Source: Ostreococcus lucimarinus
Taxonomy: Eukaryota
DNA length: 64,000 nucleotides
Assembly (NCBI GenBank): GCA_000092065.1
Contig: CP000584.1
Reading direction: 5' to 3' (one strand)
Shown here: positions 20,101 through 29,391 of the stretch, piece by piece
Position numbering within the stretch: the first letter of the stretch is position 1
How the letters are laid out: every line of letters begins with the position of its first letter
Notes under the pieces: model-generated
What the model was told of the DNA's origin: nothing
The model's database searches: none
What the model saw: the letters and a program-made list of their open reading frames with translations, nothing else
Translations under genes and position numbers: made by a program

Positions 20101-20225
20101 CCGACAAAGTGCAGCACGTCGGACCGTCCATGGGCGCGCAAATCGATTTCTTTCTCAAGCACGGCGTCTTCGAACGAATGGAGTATTACGAGCGCAAAGA
20201 GCTTCCCCCGTCGTCGGCGAAGTAG
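17178..20225 (+). CDS. Rad3/XPD-family Fe-S DNA helicase (FANCJ/BRIP1/RTEL-like) with C-terminal Pol-beta-like HhH (8-kDa lyase-type) domain
   Basis: Helicase motifs are present: FPEGLNPHPAQ (Q/0), SPTGTGKTLALLCGALAW (I), IFICSRTHSQINQI (Ia), IIDEGHNLED (II, DEAH), ITSGTLSP and GKVSEGIDF...VGIPFPS (VI region). Between motifs Ia and II there are four Cys (CPMEKNDAQCKELL...RTACGFF), consistent with a 4Fe-4S cluster. The last ~100 aa align with the pol-beta N-terminal domain (KVNAYAKALTSIRALKYEVTSGAKMSKA...VGPSMGAQIDFFLKHG versus [28 protein letters not shown]...[16 protein letters not shown]). The ORF starts with an ATGA overlap on the previous gene's stop. The true start is probably the Met at 17310. 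Confidence 0.85.
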   Translation: MNTRTPSRAAARRFQIATAAPRLTHRRASRASSAAPPNAARWRSMSRDEDCDLSPREIASPRDADDEGDDVRVVCIDEGDDATPRARASADAPDATTSTRAFPGASTAPDARAARFKPELSVKSYFKKIEPNDATRDGDATTPEDASPKRRRGLVKIEFEKDRREFTTKAIGGCKVKFPEGLNPHPAQTMTMSSIIRALTKREHAMIESPTGTGKTLALLCGALAWQEREVALSMEKNKGYWSEKMKYQTARNAYKDAVENGKTPTVERGVGWASNDPYFPNPHGSTLRPKIFICSRTHSQINQILRELKRTGYSPRYSVLSSRQRMCPMEKNDAQCKELLGTGVAQQSGRTACGFFNRHKHVSSNMERYPKAGEEGMFPSAWDMEDFERVVNEIEGCSFYALREMVKTADLIFCPYNYLFDVNIRRKMKIDLKDAAVIIDEGHNLEDVCREGSSIEFSLDTIGKGMDELSKTWGKINNETSLIARFFRAISAFMEGLFCTNTAPTTVIQSNQLEYFVNDMLKTFNAVGEYTQDIIDVVEKLLTEDSNLMSPIIAPHITFAGDLAEVLQNAVKHAAAYNIFIGSRVEIDGDECPGMVIQCMKPSVAFHAVAEKARSVIITSGTLSPMNTFEAELAEKFPTKIEAPHVVPNDHVYVEVTSAIGEVTYKATDGHVQGPKFAKKLGEYLLKYAQVIPGGMLVFLPKYSLIDRVLREWHVTGLFGKMNDYKRVVVETRGARGFQDTLNEFNLGNTNGKGSLMLAVYRGKVSEGIDFKDDSARAVFCVGIPFPSVYDIKVKAKKEFNDLPVSRAQGMLSGGEWYRAQAYRAYNQALGRCIRHPKDYAALFLVDSRFRESRWMLNNISKWIRNNAQASDDVNQSVRVVDGFFKRLRGASDGNAPAGSTAKHEETQQKENLLCGLGCEKNAALCAALERLHEASMLSPEEPMKVNAYAKALTSIRALKYEVTSGAKMSKAGPDKVQHVGPSMGAQIDFFLKHGVFERMEYYERKELPPSSAK

Positions 20226-20233
20226 AACTGAAA

Positions 20234-20250
20234 TGTAAATGTACAATAAA
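20234..20250 (+). promoter_or_regulatory. Putative poly(A) signal cluster (TGTAA ... AATAAA) in 60-bp convergent 3' spacer
   Basis: TGTAA sits at 20234-20238 and AATAAA at 20245-20250, 9-25 nt after the helicase stop. TGTAA is the usual green-algal polyadenylation signal. Similar TGTAA motifs lie just 3' of other stops (8191, 34184, 36874, 50891). Confidence 0.4.
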
Positions 20251-20286
20251 TAGCTTTGGTAATACGAATACAAACGCGCGCATCGT

Positions 20287-20988
20287 TTAGAACCGCCGAC
20301 GCGCCTCCGCGCTCGCCTCTCGCGCCTCGAAAAATCGCGACAACGCGATCACCGCCGCGTGCGTGACGCTCAACGACTCGATCAAGCGTCCCATCGGTAT
20401 GCTGCACAGCGCGTCGCACAGCGCCAGCTCTCGCTCCGACAACCCATCCGCCTCGTTCCCGAACACCAACGCCAATTTCCCTCCGTCTTCGCCTCCTCCC
20501 GGATACGCCGCCGTCAGCGCCGCCAAATCGTCGAATCGCGCGCGCGACGCCTCCGCCTCCGCGTCGTCGAGCCTCCACGGATGAAATCCGACCACCGTTC
20601 CCACCGTCCCGCGCAGCGCGTCCTCCAGGCTCGCGTGCGCGTCCGCCGCGCGCGGCACCAACCACTGCGCCCCCTTCGCCGCGTTCACGCACGCGCGGCA
20701 CTCGACGTCGCACAGCGGCGTCGCCACGCGAAAATCGCAGCACTCGAACGCCGCGCACGCCCTCGCCATCGCCCCGACGTTCGACGCCGTCTTGGGCGAG
20801 CAGAATATCACGCACACGTCGCGAAGCGTCCCCGGCGGGTCCTCGAGCGCGCCTCGCGGGCCTCGGCGAAGCGACGCCGCCCAGCGGTCGCGATGTCGGT
20901 TATCGCCGCGCCGCGCGCCGCGCGCGCGCTTCGCCGCGCCCTCGCGCGCCGGTTCGCCCGCGAGACGCGCGCGCGCCGCCGCGAACAT
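20287..20988 (-). CDS. SpoU/TrmH-family RNA 2'-O-methyltransferase (TrmJ-like)
   Basis: SPOUT motifs are present: VIFCSPKTASNVGAMARACAAFE, LVFGNEADGLSE and CSIPMGRLIESLSVTHAAVIAL. Confidence 0.75.
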   Translation of the reverse strand: MFAAARARLAGEPAREGAAKRARGARRGDNRHRDRWAASLRRGPRGALEDPPGTLRDVCVIFCSPKTASNVGAMARACAAFECCDFRVATPLCDVECRACVNAAKGAQWLVPRAADAHASLEDALRGTVGTVVGFHPWRLDDAEAEASRARFDDLAALTAAYPGGGEDGGKLALVFGNEADGLSERELALCDALCSIPMGRLIESLSVTHAAVIALSRFFEAREASAEARRRF

Positions 20989-21008
20989 GACGCTTTTCGC
21001 GGCGACGA

Positions 21009-23060
21009 ATGGCGCGTCACATCGCCGCGCGCTCGACCGCGCGCGCGCCGGCGCGCATGCGCTTCGAGCTCGACCCCGACGACGTCTTCTACCGCGCCGC
21101 GGACGCGCGCGCGTCGCGCGACGACGACGACGACGCGAATCGCGTGCGCGTCGAGGTGCACTTTTCGGGACATCGCTCGACGCTCGACGCGAATTGCGAC
21201 GCGGTGCGCGCGACGATCGCGCGCGTCGCGCGCGGACACGTGTGGGCGCGCGATGCGCCGCGCGTGGCGCCGATCGCGGGGTCGAACGCGTGCGAGTGGT
21301 CGGTGTGGGTCGGAGACGACGTCGACGACGCGTGGTTGGCGGCGGCGTGCGCGCTCGAGACGTCGAGCGAGCGCGCGGACGTCGCGCGCGCGGTGCGAGT
21401 CTGGGACGACGACGGGGAGTTCACGCTGATCGAAACCGCGGAGGCGCTGCCGGCGTGGGTGACGCCGGAGCGCGCGACGGGGACGACGTTTTTGGTGAAG
21501 GGCGAGCTGGTGGTGCGGGACGGCGGGGCGACGGAACGCGCGGGGGGCGGGGCGAACGCGCGAGCGCGGACGAACGCGGCGTTGGAGACGCTCGACGACG
21601 CGGAGAGGATGCCGGAGGAAGCGCAGAAGATTTTGAGGGCGAGAACGGACGCGGCGACGCGCAAGGCGAAGGAAAATCGTCACGACGCGTTTGCGATTAC
21701 GCCGAGGCGCGTCGCGCGCGTGCTGCGACGAGAACCGCAACTCGTGGCGGCGGCGATCGAGAGTTTGCGAGCGCGCGATCCCGCGGGCGTGCGCGCGGCG
21801 GCGAAGATGACGCACTTCGAGCCGGTGGATTTTCACCCGACGCTGGTGCGAATGTCGCGATGGTTGTTCTCGGAAATCAGTCGCGAGCGTTTCGAAGCGC
21901 CGGAGCGATATCCGATGCCGCCAAAGAGCGCGGATGATTTCATCGCGCGCGAGCTCGGGATGAAGATCGCGTGCGGGTTCGAGATGTTACTCGCCGATCG
22001 CGGACCGGTCGTCGACGCGTCCGCGAGCGACGCCGAACCGGTGGACGATCGGGCGTGGACGACGTTTAAGGCGAGTTTGACGGAGAACGGGTATTTTAGA
22101 AACGAAATGGTTGGAAGCGCGATGTACAGGACGCTCCTGGCGAACGCGGTGCGCGAGTACAACGCGTCGCCACAAGCGTCGACGTCTCGCCGTGCGCAAC
22201 GTTCGGCGCCCGCCGAACGCGTTCGCGAGATTCTCGCCGCGCCCGAGAGCGACGACGACGCGTTGCGCGCGGCTTCGCCGAGCGACGCGAGCGATGAGAC
22301 TTGGCTTCTTGAAGCCGACAAAGCGCTGAACGAGGAGTTAGCCAAGCTAGAAAAAGAGCGCGAGCGCACGGTGTGCGACGCGACGAGGAGCGCGAGATCG
22401 TTCGTCGAGCGCGAATCCGGATTCGAAGGCGTGGAGACGCGATCGCGGCGGGTGAATCACAACGCCGCGCCGGGCGCGTGTCCGGGTGATTTAAACATCC
22501 CCGACGGCGATGCCGGGTTCAGCTTAGACGCTCGAAAGTTCCTCAGCGAACTCGGCAAGGCGCTCGCGATCGAGGACGACGACAAGTTGCGACGGTACCT
22601 GGACGCCGACGGCGCGGACTTTGATTCCGACGACTCCGACGACGACTTCAATTTCCCCGACGACTCCGACTCCGACGCCGCGCGTCGCCGCGCGCGCGAC
22701 TCCGACGACTTACCCGAGGACGATTTCTTCGCGTCGTCTTCCGATTCCCTCGACGCGGACTCCACCGACTTCGTCCACGTCGGCGACGACGCCTCCGACA
22801 GCGACGACGACGACGACGACGACGCCTTCGCCGCCCACTACGACGCCGTCCTCCGCCGACAACTCGCGTCCACCGACCTCGACGTCACGCCATCCGACGC
22901 CACCGACGCCGACGTCTCCGCCGCCCTCGCGCGCGGTTTTCTCCACAGCGCCTCCGCCGACGCCTCGCGCGCCGGTCCCGCCGCGAGTCTCCTCGCCGCC
23001 GCCGGCGTCCCCGCCGACGTCGCCCGCGCGCTCCACCTCCACCGCCCCGACGCCCCGTGA
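21009..23060 (+). CDS. ECD: Ecdysoneless/SGT1-family protein (ECD homolog) with long acidic C-terminal tail
   Basis: The block VWDDDGEFTLIETAEALPAWVTPERATGTTFLVKGELVV aligns with the ECD conserved core ([39 protein letters not shown]). The C-terminus is Asp/Ser-rich (DSDDDDDDDAF). The start may be the Met at 21057. Confidence 0.6.
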   Translation: MARHIAARSTARAPARMRFELDPDDVFYRAADARASRDDDDDANRVRVEVHFSGHRSTLDANCDAVRATIARVARGHVWARDAPRVAPIAGSNACEWSVWVGDDVDDAWLAAACALETSSERADVARAVRVWDDDGEFTLIETAEALPAWVTPERATGTTFLVKGELVVRDGGATERAGGGANARARTNAALETLDDAERMPEEAQKILRARTDAATRKAKENRHDAFAITPRRVARVLRREPQLVAAAIESLRARDPAGVRAAAKMTHFEPVDFHPTLVRMSRWLFSEISRERFEAPERYPMPPKSADDFIARELGMKIACGFEMLLADRGPVVDASASDAEPVDDRAWTTFKASLTENGYFRNEMVGSAMYRTLLANAVREYNASPQASTSRRAQRSAPAERVREILAAPESDDDALRAASPSDASDETWLLEADKALNEELAKLEKERERTVCDATRSARSFVERESGFEGVETRSRRVNHNAAPGACPGDLNIPDGDAGFSLDARKFLSELGKALAIEDDDKLRRYLDADGADFDSDDSDDDFNFPDDSDSDAARRRARDSDDLPEDDFFASSSDSLDADSTDFVHVGDDASDSDDDDDDDAFAAHYDAVLRRQLASTDLDVTPSDATDADVSAALARGFLHSASADASRAGPAASLLAAAGVPADVARALHLHRPDAP

Positions 23061-23212
23061 CGTCGCCCCGACGTCGACGTTCGCTCGCATCGCGCGTTTA
23101 ATCCGATCCGTTCCGGTCGCGCGTCCCGAGCGTCCCGAGCGTCCTTCGCCGTCGTTCGCGCCTTCGCGCTCGTCGCCGTCCCGAGCGTTTATTTAAACCG
23201 GGTGTAATTGAA

Positions 23213-24421
23213 ATGCAAATTGCGATTGAAATCGCGTCGTCTTCCGCGTCCGACGCCGCGCCGCACTCGCCGACGGCCGTCATGCCCCCCGGCGACGCGC
23301 GCGACGGCGCGTCCGCGCTCGACGTCGCCGCGCGCGCGGCGTCGCGCGCGGAAGACGACGCGTGGGACGCGCACCACGACGCCCTGCTCGCGTGGTCCGT
23401 CGCGGACGGCCGCGACGGCGCGTGCAACGCGCCCTGGCGCGCGACGCACGCGGGACTCAACATCGGCGCGTGGCTGCAGAACCAGCGCGCGAAGCTAAGG
23501 GCGAAAAAGATGCCGAGGGAGCGGGCGACGAGGCTGGACGCGCTGACGGCGGCGGGACGATTGTGGATCGACGCGCCGGGACGGAAGGGATGGAACGAAC
23601 AGCTCGAGAAGCTCGCGGCGTGGGCGGAAAAGACGAACGGAGGGGTTGATTATAACGCGCCGGTCGGGACGACGCACGAGGGGGCGAAGATCGGGGCGTG
23701 GTTGGCGACGCAGCGAACGCGGCGAAGAGACGGCGAGAACGCGCGGCGACCGCTCAAGCCGGAGCAAGCGGCGGCGCTGGACGCGCTCGTCCTGAGGGGG
23801 GTGCTGAGGTGCGAGAAAGCGGATCCTTGGCCGAGGAAGTGGGCGCTGGTGCTGAAGTGGGGGGAAGAGCGCGCGAACGGGGAGCACTTTAACGTGCCGT
23901 ACGATTACAAGGATGGCGACGAACGCGTGGGGGTGTGGTTGAACACGCAGCGACAGCGGTTCCGCGGAGGGACGACGAAGAATTTGCCGCTCACGCCTTG
24001 GCAGACAGAGCAAATGCAAGCGATGATCGACGCCGGTAAGCTCTGGGTGCACGCCCCGGACGACGTGTGGGAGAAGAAGTTCGCGCTGCTCTTGCGATGG
24101 GGCAAAGAGAAGACGCGAGGCGTCAACTACAACGTGCCGCAGGGCGAGGAGTACGAGGGCGTCAACCTCGGCTCGTGGTTGAGCACGCAGCGCGCTCGAC
24201 TGTTGCACGAGACTCTCGGGAAAAACAGACCGCTCAGCGATGACGAACGTCGAAAGTTGCAGAAACTCATCGACGACGGCAAGCTGCGACCGTCGACGCC
24301 GCGAGGCAAGAACGCGGCGAAGGGACAGGGCAAGCGCGCGCCGCGAGGCAATCTCGACGACGTCGACGCCGCGCTCAACGTCGACCTGCCGCACACGTCG
24401 AAGAGAGGACGTAAAACGTAA
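23213..24421 (+). CDS. Protein composed of four helicase-associated (HA) domain repeats
   Basis: There are four ~70-aa repeats with the pattern W..(H/N)..L..W......G...N.P.....EG..IG.WL..QR........L...(Q/R)...L..L.... One example is WEKKFALLLRWGKEKTRGVNYNVPQGEEYEGVNLGSWLSTQRARL. The C-terminus is basic. Confidence 0.6.
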   Translation: MQIAIEIASSSASDAAPHSPTAVMPPGDARDGASALDVAARAASRAEDDAWDAHHDALLAWSVADGRDGACNAPWRATHAGLNIGAWLQNQRAKLRAKKMPRERATRLDALTAAGRLWIDAPGRKGWNEQLEKLAAWAEKTNGGVDYNAPVGTTHEGAKIGAWLATQRTRRRDGENARRPLKPEQAAALDALVLRGVLRCEKADPWPRKWALVLKWGEERANGEHFNVPYDYKDGDERVGVWLNTQRQRFRGGTTKNLPLTPWQTEQMQAMIDAGKLWVHAPDDVWEKKFALLLRWGKEKTRGVNYNVPQGEEYEGVNLGSWLSTQRARLLHETLGKNRPLSDDERRKLQKLIDDGKLRPSTPRGKNAAKGQGKRAPRGNLDDVDAALNVDLPHTSKRGRKT

Positions 24422-24518
24422 GAAATGCCTTAGCGCGACGTGTAAAGAAATGTTCCCATACGAAACGCCGCGTCGCGAGCGCGCCCCACACGCGAGCGCG
24501 CTCGCGAGTCGTCGCCGC

Positions 24519-26468
24519 GATGGATCTCTCGGAGGCGCACAAGGAATACGTCAAGCGCATGCTCGACGTCGCGAAGGGCGGCATGAAGGCCCTGGTGTGC
24601 GATCCGGTGACGGTGCGCGCGATCGACGACTCAACGACTTTGCGATTTGACGACGCATTCGACGCGACGGCGACGCGATCGAGGCACTGACGGCGAATTC
24701 GTTCGACGCAGGTGAACATATTGAGTGTGGTGATGTCACAGAGCGAAGTTCTCGCGCGTGAGGTGCGTGTGCGAGGACGTGGGCGCGCGATTTCGGAATG
24801 TTGAAAGTGACAAGTGACGCGTTCGAGCGCGCAAAGCGCGACGTCGCGTTCGAGCGCGCGAAGCGCCGATTCGAGGCGCGAGACTGATGCTCGTATATTT
24901 TGTGCGCGTTCTAGGTGTTTTTGATCGAGCAGTTGCACGAGCGCCCGCACGAGGAGATGCCGCACCTGAAGGCGGTGGTGTTCGTGAGGCCGACGAGGGA
25001 AAACGTGCGAACGCTCGGGAAACAGTTGAAACAGCGGACGTACGGAGAGTATCACGTCTTCTTTTCGAACGTGTGCCCAGAAGGATTGCTGCAGGAGCTC
25101 GCGGCGGAGGATGACGACGAGCTCGTGGTGCAGGTGCAAGAGTATTACGCGGACGCGACGGCGGTGGATCGAAACACGTTTGCGCTAGAGTTGGGAGAGT
25201 CGAATAGCGCGCTCATGAACCCGGGGCAGTGGTCTCGCAGCGTGGGGATGGCGGTAGATAGATGTGTGGAAGGAATCACGAGCGTGTTGCTGTCGCTGAA
25301 GCGTAGACCGTTCATTAGGCACCAGCGCTCGAGTGAGGCGGCGAGACGACTGGCGGCGGACGTCGCGAGAGTGGTGTACGAGCAAGAGGCGGGATTGTTT
25401 GATTTCCCTCGCGCGGATGGCGCGGCGCATTTATTAGTTCTCGATCGTTTCGACGACGCCGTCACGCCGCTGCTGTCGCAGTGGACCTATCAAGCCATGG
25501 TGCACGAGATTTTTGGCATTTCGAGCACGAACAGAGTAGATTTACGGCACGTCAAGGCGCTGAGCAAAGAGCTTCGTGAACTCGTGCTGAGCGCGCGCGA
25601 GGATGCATTTTTCGCAGAGAACATGTACGCCAACTACGGCGATTTGGGGGCGAGCGTCAAGGCTTTGGTGGATGAGTTCCAACAACAGACAAAGATGAGC
25701 AAGAAGATTGAATCCATAGACGACATGGCGCGATTCGTGGAATCGTACCCAGAGTTTAGGGCGAAGAGTGGAAATGTCTCCAAACACGTCGCGCTGATGT
25801 CCGAACTGAGCTCTGTGATATCACAGCGGCGTCTGATGGCGGCGTCGCAGGTTGAACAAGAGGTTGTGTGCGGCACGGATCGCGCCGGCGCGTTTACGCA
25901 AGTCGTCGACGCGCTACGCAATCCACAGCTTCTAGAGGAGGAGCGACTGAAACTCGTGCTGCTGTTCGCGTTGCGCTACGAAAATGAGCAAAGCCAAATC
26001 GCAGACTTGACGGAAATTCTCATGCAACAAGGCGTCAGTCGCTCGCGCATCGGACTCGTGCGCACAATTTTAAAGCACGGCGGGGAAGCCGCGCGCACGG
26101 GCGATTTGTTCGGCAACCGCTCATTCCTCGGCCGTGCGAGCAAGGTCGTCGGCAGTCTCAAAGGCGTCGAAAACGTCTACACGCAGCACCAACCGCTGTT
26201 AAGTTCGACGATTCAATCCGCCGCCAAGGGCTCGCTGAAAAATGAAGATTATCCATTCGTCGGCCCGTCGCCCAACGGCGCCGCCGCCGCCAAGCCCACC
26301 GAACTCATCGTCTTCATCATCGGTGGCATTTGCTACGAAGAGACCAAGGTATGCGAGCAGTTTAATGCCCTCAAAACCGGTGTCACCGTCGTCCTCGGCG
26401 GCTCCACCGTCTTAAACGCGCGAGCCTTCGTCGACGATTTACGAAAGCTTCAAGAAGCAGGCGGATAG
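24519..26468 (+). CDS. VPS45: Vacuolar protein sorting-associated protein 45 (Sec1/Munc18 family), three exons
   Basis: The gene model is join(24519..24611, 24711..24761, 24915..26468). Introns of 99 and 153 nt both start GTGCG and end CAG/TAG, and the frame is preserved. The spliced N-terminus MDLSEAHKEYVKRMLDVAKGGMKALVCDPVT|VNILSVVMSQSEVLARE|VFLIEQLHERPHEEMPHLKAVVFVRPT matches the VPS45 N-terminus. The rest is Sec1-like throughout. Confidence 0.8.
24612..24710 (+). other. Intron 1 of VPS45 (99 nt, GTGCGCG...CGCAG)
   Basis: Without splicing the reading frame ends at 24669. After removal the peptide continues into the conserved Sec1 N-terminal motif. Confidence 0.55.
24762..24914 (+). other. 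Intron 2 of VPS45 (153 nt, GTGCGTG...TTCTAG); contains internal direct repeat CGCGTTCGAGCGCGC(A/G)AAGCGC
   Basis: Exon 3 begins exactly at 24915 in the ORF frame, and there is a 5' GTGCGTG donor. The imperfect direct repeat is at about 24830-24880. Confidence 0.5.
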
Positions 26469-26682
26469 CCGACATCGAGTCGCCGACGCCGAGCCGCCGA
26501 CGGCGTCCCCACCACCCCCGCGAACCTCGCGAACGACACCACCCTCCAAATGAATAAAATATCGCGTCATTATCGCTCCGTTCTCGTCTGGTCCGTCTTC
26601 GCTCTCGCGCGCGACGGGCGTCGGGTCGCCTCGGGTTTGCCGGCTCGCGGTCGCCTCGGCCTCGCCTCACACCTCGTCCGCG

Positions 26683-29391
26683 ATGTCCGACGCCGAGCCC
26701 TCGGCTCGGTCCGGACCGAGCGATGTCCGTCACGCGCGCAACCGCAGCCTCAGCGCGCCCCTGCGCATCGACATAACCGACGCCGCGATCGACCCACCGG
26801 GACAAAGCAACCGACCGGACGCGAGAAACGCCGCCGACGCGCCCGGTTCGCGCTCTCCCCTGCGCCACGCGTCGTCGTCGAGCAAGCCCGAAGCGCCCGC
26901 GATCGCGCTGCCGCGGCAGCGCGACGCCGTGCGACACTTCGCGATGGATCTCGGTGGGTCCCTGGTGAAGCTCGTGTACTTTAGCCCGAGCGGGACGGAC
27001 GCGAGCGGACGCGCGGTGGCGGGAGGACGATTGCACTTTCGAAAGTTTCCCTCGGCGCATTTGAACGATTGCATGGACTTTATAGAGTTCAAAAAATTGC
27101 ACGTGGGAGGGTCGGGCACGACGGAGGGCGACGGCGAGGATGGCGGCGTGACGGTGAAGGCGACGGGGGGCGGCGCGTACAAGTTTTCAAAGACGTTTCA
27201 GGATCGGTTGGGGATCACGCTGCAGAAGGAGGATGAGATGGCGTGCGCGGTGGCGGGGGCGAATTTTTTGTTGGAGACGATTCGCGACGAGGCGTTTACG
27301 TATACTGATGATGAGAAGGCATTTATATCAAAAGACGCGTTGACGCGTGAATCGTTGTTTCCGTACCTGTTGGTGAACATCGGGAGCGGGGTGAGCATCA
27401 TCAAGGTTGATAAGGATGGGCACGAGCGCGTGAGTGGTAGTAATATAGGTGGGGGGACGTTTTGGGGATTGTGCCGGTTGTTGACCGGGCTCAAGGATTA
27501 CGATGAAATGTTAAAGTTGAGCGCGCAGGCGGACAATGCGAAGGTGGACATGCTCGTCGGGGATATTTATGGCGGCCGCGACTACCCCAACATCGGTCTG
27601 TCTAGCGAGACTATCGCGAGTTCTTTCGGGCGAGTCGTCATGGACGAAGGAAGCTTGGAAGATTACTCGAAAGCCGACATAACGCTTTCTCTGTTGCGTA
27701 TGATCTCGTACAACATCGCGCACATTTCAACCATGAACGCCGTCAAATACGGGCTCAAGCGCATCTTTTTTGGAGGTTACTTCATCCGAAACCACGCATA
27801 CACGATGAACACAATTTCGTTCGCCGTCGATTTCTGGTCTAAAGGATCATTGAAAGCGAGTTTCCTGCGTCACGAGGGCTTCCTCGGCGCCCTAGGGGCA
27901 TTTCTGCAAGACGTCGAGGCGCAGAAAAATCTTAGCAATGCCGCGCAGCAAGGGACGTGGATCGAGAAGTTTATCAAGTGTTCGGTGCCGCCTACAGGCA
28001 TGGATCGCAAACGATCGGCCAGAACGTCGCACTCATCAAAAGGTAGTCTGACGACGCCAGCGACGCCGCCCAGGGCACGCCGCGACAGTGAAGAAGAAAC
28101 GATTGGCGAAGCGATGCGAAAAGTAAGCTTCGACGGTGCCTTGAGGACGTACTCAAACGACAACTTGGCCAATGTCCGCGTGCCGCGCGTCGCTGGAGAT
28201 GTCGCGTCATCGGAAGAGCACTCCTCAGGAGAAGAAACGCCGTCGGATCGGAACGATCCCACGCAGTTGCTCAACTCTGCAGGCTTACAAGTTGGTGTTT
28301 TGCACCTCGAGCCGACGTTGGAAACTTTTCCATTGCTTCGCGAAGGGCGCGATTACGACCCAAACATCTTTGACATGCTCACCAATACCACTGAACGAGA
28401 TTACTGGTTGGACACGCTGGAACGCTTGCAATCTGGGCTCGTGGAGCGCGCGCTAGTGAGCGAACCATCGAGCTCTGACGCAAAAGAACGCGCAGAAAAT
28501 TTTGACAACGTGTTTAAATCGCACTTGTCGCGACTTCGCGAAGAGCCGGCGGCGTACGGACGCATCGGTCTCGCGGATTTGTTCGAGATGCGCGAAGAGT
28601 GTTTGAGATTCTTTCGCTTTAACGACGTGTACGAAGACGTAAAAAAGCAAGAGAATGAGTCCGCGCTCTTGGTTCTTCCCGACTTGCTCGCTGAAATTGA
28701 TAGCTTGAACGACGACGAACGGCTGTTAGCCATCGTCGAGGGCGTTTTGGCGGGTAACATTTTCGATTGGGGATCCCAAGGCACGCTCGATTTGTATCGC
28801 AACGGTACGATTTTAGAAATCTATCGCAACGCGAGAAGCACGGTGAACAGGCCGTGGGCCATCGATGACTACGACGCTCTGCGCGATCGATTGAACGCTC
28901 CGAATGCGAAGCAGTACCGCAAAGCGTTGCTCTTTTGCGATAATTCCGGCGCCGACATCATCTTGGGCATGCTTCCGTTCGCTCGCGAGCTTTTGAAGCG
29001 AGGCACGTCCGTCGTTCTCGTCGCCAACTCCCTCCCCGCCATCAACGACATCACCGCGACCGAGCTTACGGGGATATTACAAGCCACCAAGTCTCTCGAC
29101 TCGCAGCTCGAAATCGCCATCGATTCCGGCGCGCTCTCCGTCGTGAGCTCGGGCTCTGGTTCGCCCTGCTTGGACTTCCGCCGTCTCTCCAACGAAGCGT
29201 GCGTCGCCGCTCGAGACGCCGATCTCATCGTCCTCGAAGGCATGGGACGCGCCATTCACACCAACTATCGCGCCCAATTTTCGTGCGACACCATCAAGCT
29301 CGCCATGATTAAAAACCAGCGTCTCGCCGAGAAGCTCTTCGGTCCGCGCGGCGAGATCTGGGACTGCGTCGTTCGCTTCGAAGCCGCGTAG
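26683..29391 (+). CDS. PANK: Pantothenate kinase (eukaryotic type II) fused to C-terminal DUF89 (damage-control phosphatase) domain, plant PANK2-type
   Basis: The PanK core is FAMDLGGSLVKLVYF, GGGAYKF and LLVNIGSGVSIIKVDKDGHERVSGSNIGGGTFWGLCRLLTG. The C-terminal DUF89 region is LLFCDNSGADIILGMLPFARELLKRGTSVVLVANSLPAINDIT ... SSGSGSPCLDFRRLS. There is an N-terminal low-complexity extension of ~87 aa. Confidence 0.85.
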   Translation: MSDAEPSARSGPSDVRHARNRSLSAPLRIDITDAAIDPPGQSNRPDARNAADAPGSRSPLRHASSSSKPEAPAIALPRQRDAVRHFAMDLGGSLVKLVYFSPSGTDASGRAVAGGRLHFRKFPSAHLNDCMDFIEFKKLHVGGSGTTEGDGEDGGVTVKATGGGAYKFSKTFQDRLGITLQKEDEMACAVAGANFLLETIRDEAFTYTDDEKAFISKDALTRESLFPYLLVNIGSGVSIIKVDKDGHERVSGSNIGGGTFWGLCRLLTGLKDYDEMLKLSAQADNAKVDMLVGDIYGGRDYPNIGLSSETIASSFGRVVMDEGSLEDYSKADITLSLLRMISYNIAHISTMNAVKYGLKRIFFGGYFIRNHAYTMNTISFAVDFWSKGSLKASFLRHEGFLGALGAFLQDVEAQKNLSNAAQQGTWIEKFIKCSVPPTGMDRKRSARTSHSSKGSLTTPATPPRARRDSEEETIGEAMRKVSFDGALRTYSNDNLANVRVPRVAGDVASSEEHSSGEETPSDRNDPTQLLNSAGLQVGVLHLEPTLETFPLLREGRDYDPNIFDMLTNTTERDYWLDTLERLQSGLVERALVSEPSSSDAKERAENFDNVFKSHLSRLREEPAAYGRIGLADLFEMREECLRFFRFNDVYEDVKKQENESALLVLPDLLAEIDSLNDDERLLAIVEGVLAGNIFDWGSQGTLDLYRNGTILEIYRNARSTVNRPWAIDDYDALRDRLNAPNAKQYRKALLFCDNSGADIILGMLPFARELLKRGTSVVLVANSLPAINDITATELTGILQATKSLDSQLEIAIDSGALSVVSSGSGSPCLDFRRLSNEACVAARDADLIVLEGMGRAIHTNYRAQFSCDTIKLAMIKNQRLAEKLFGPRGEIWDCVVRFEAA

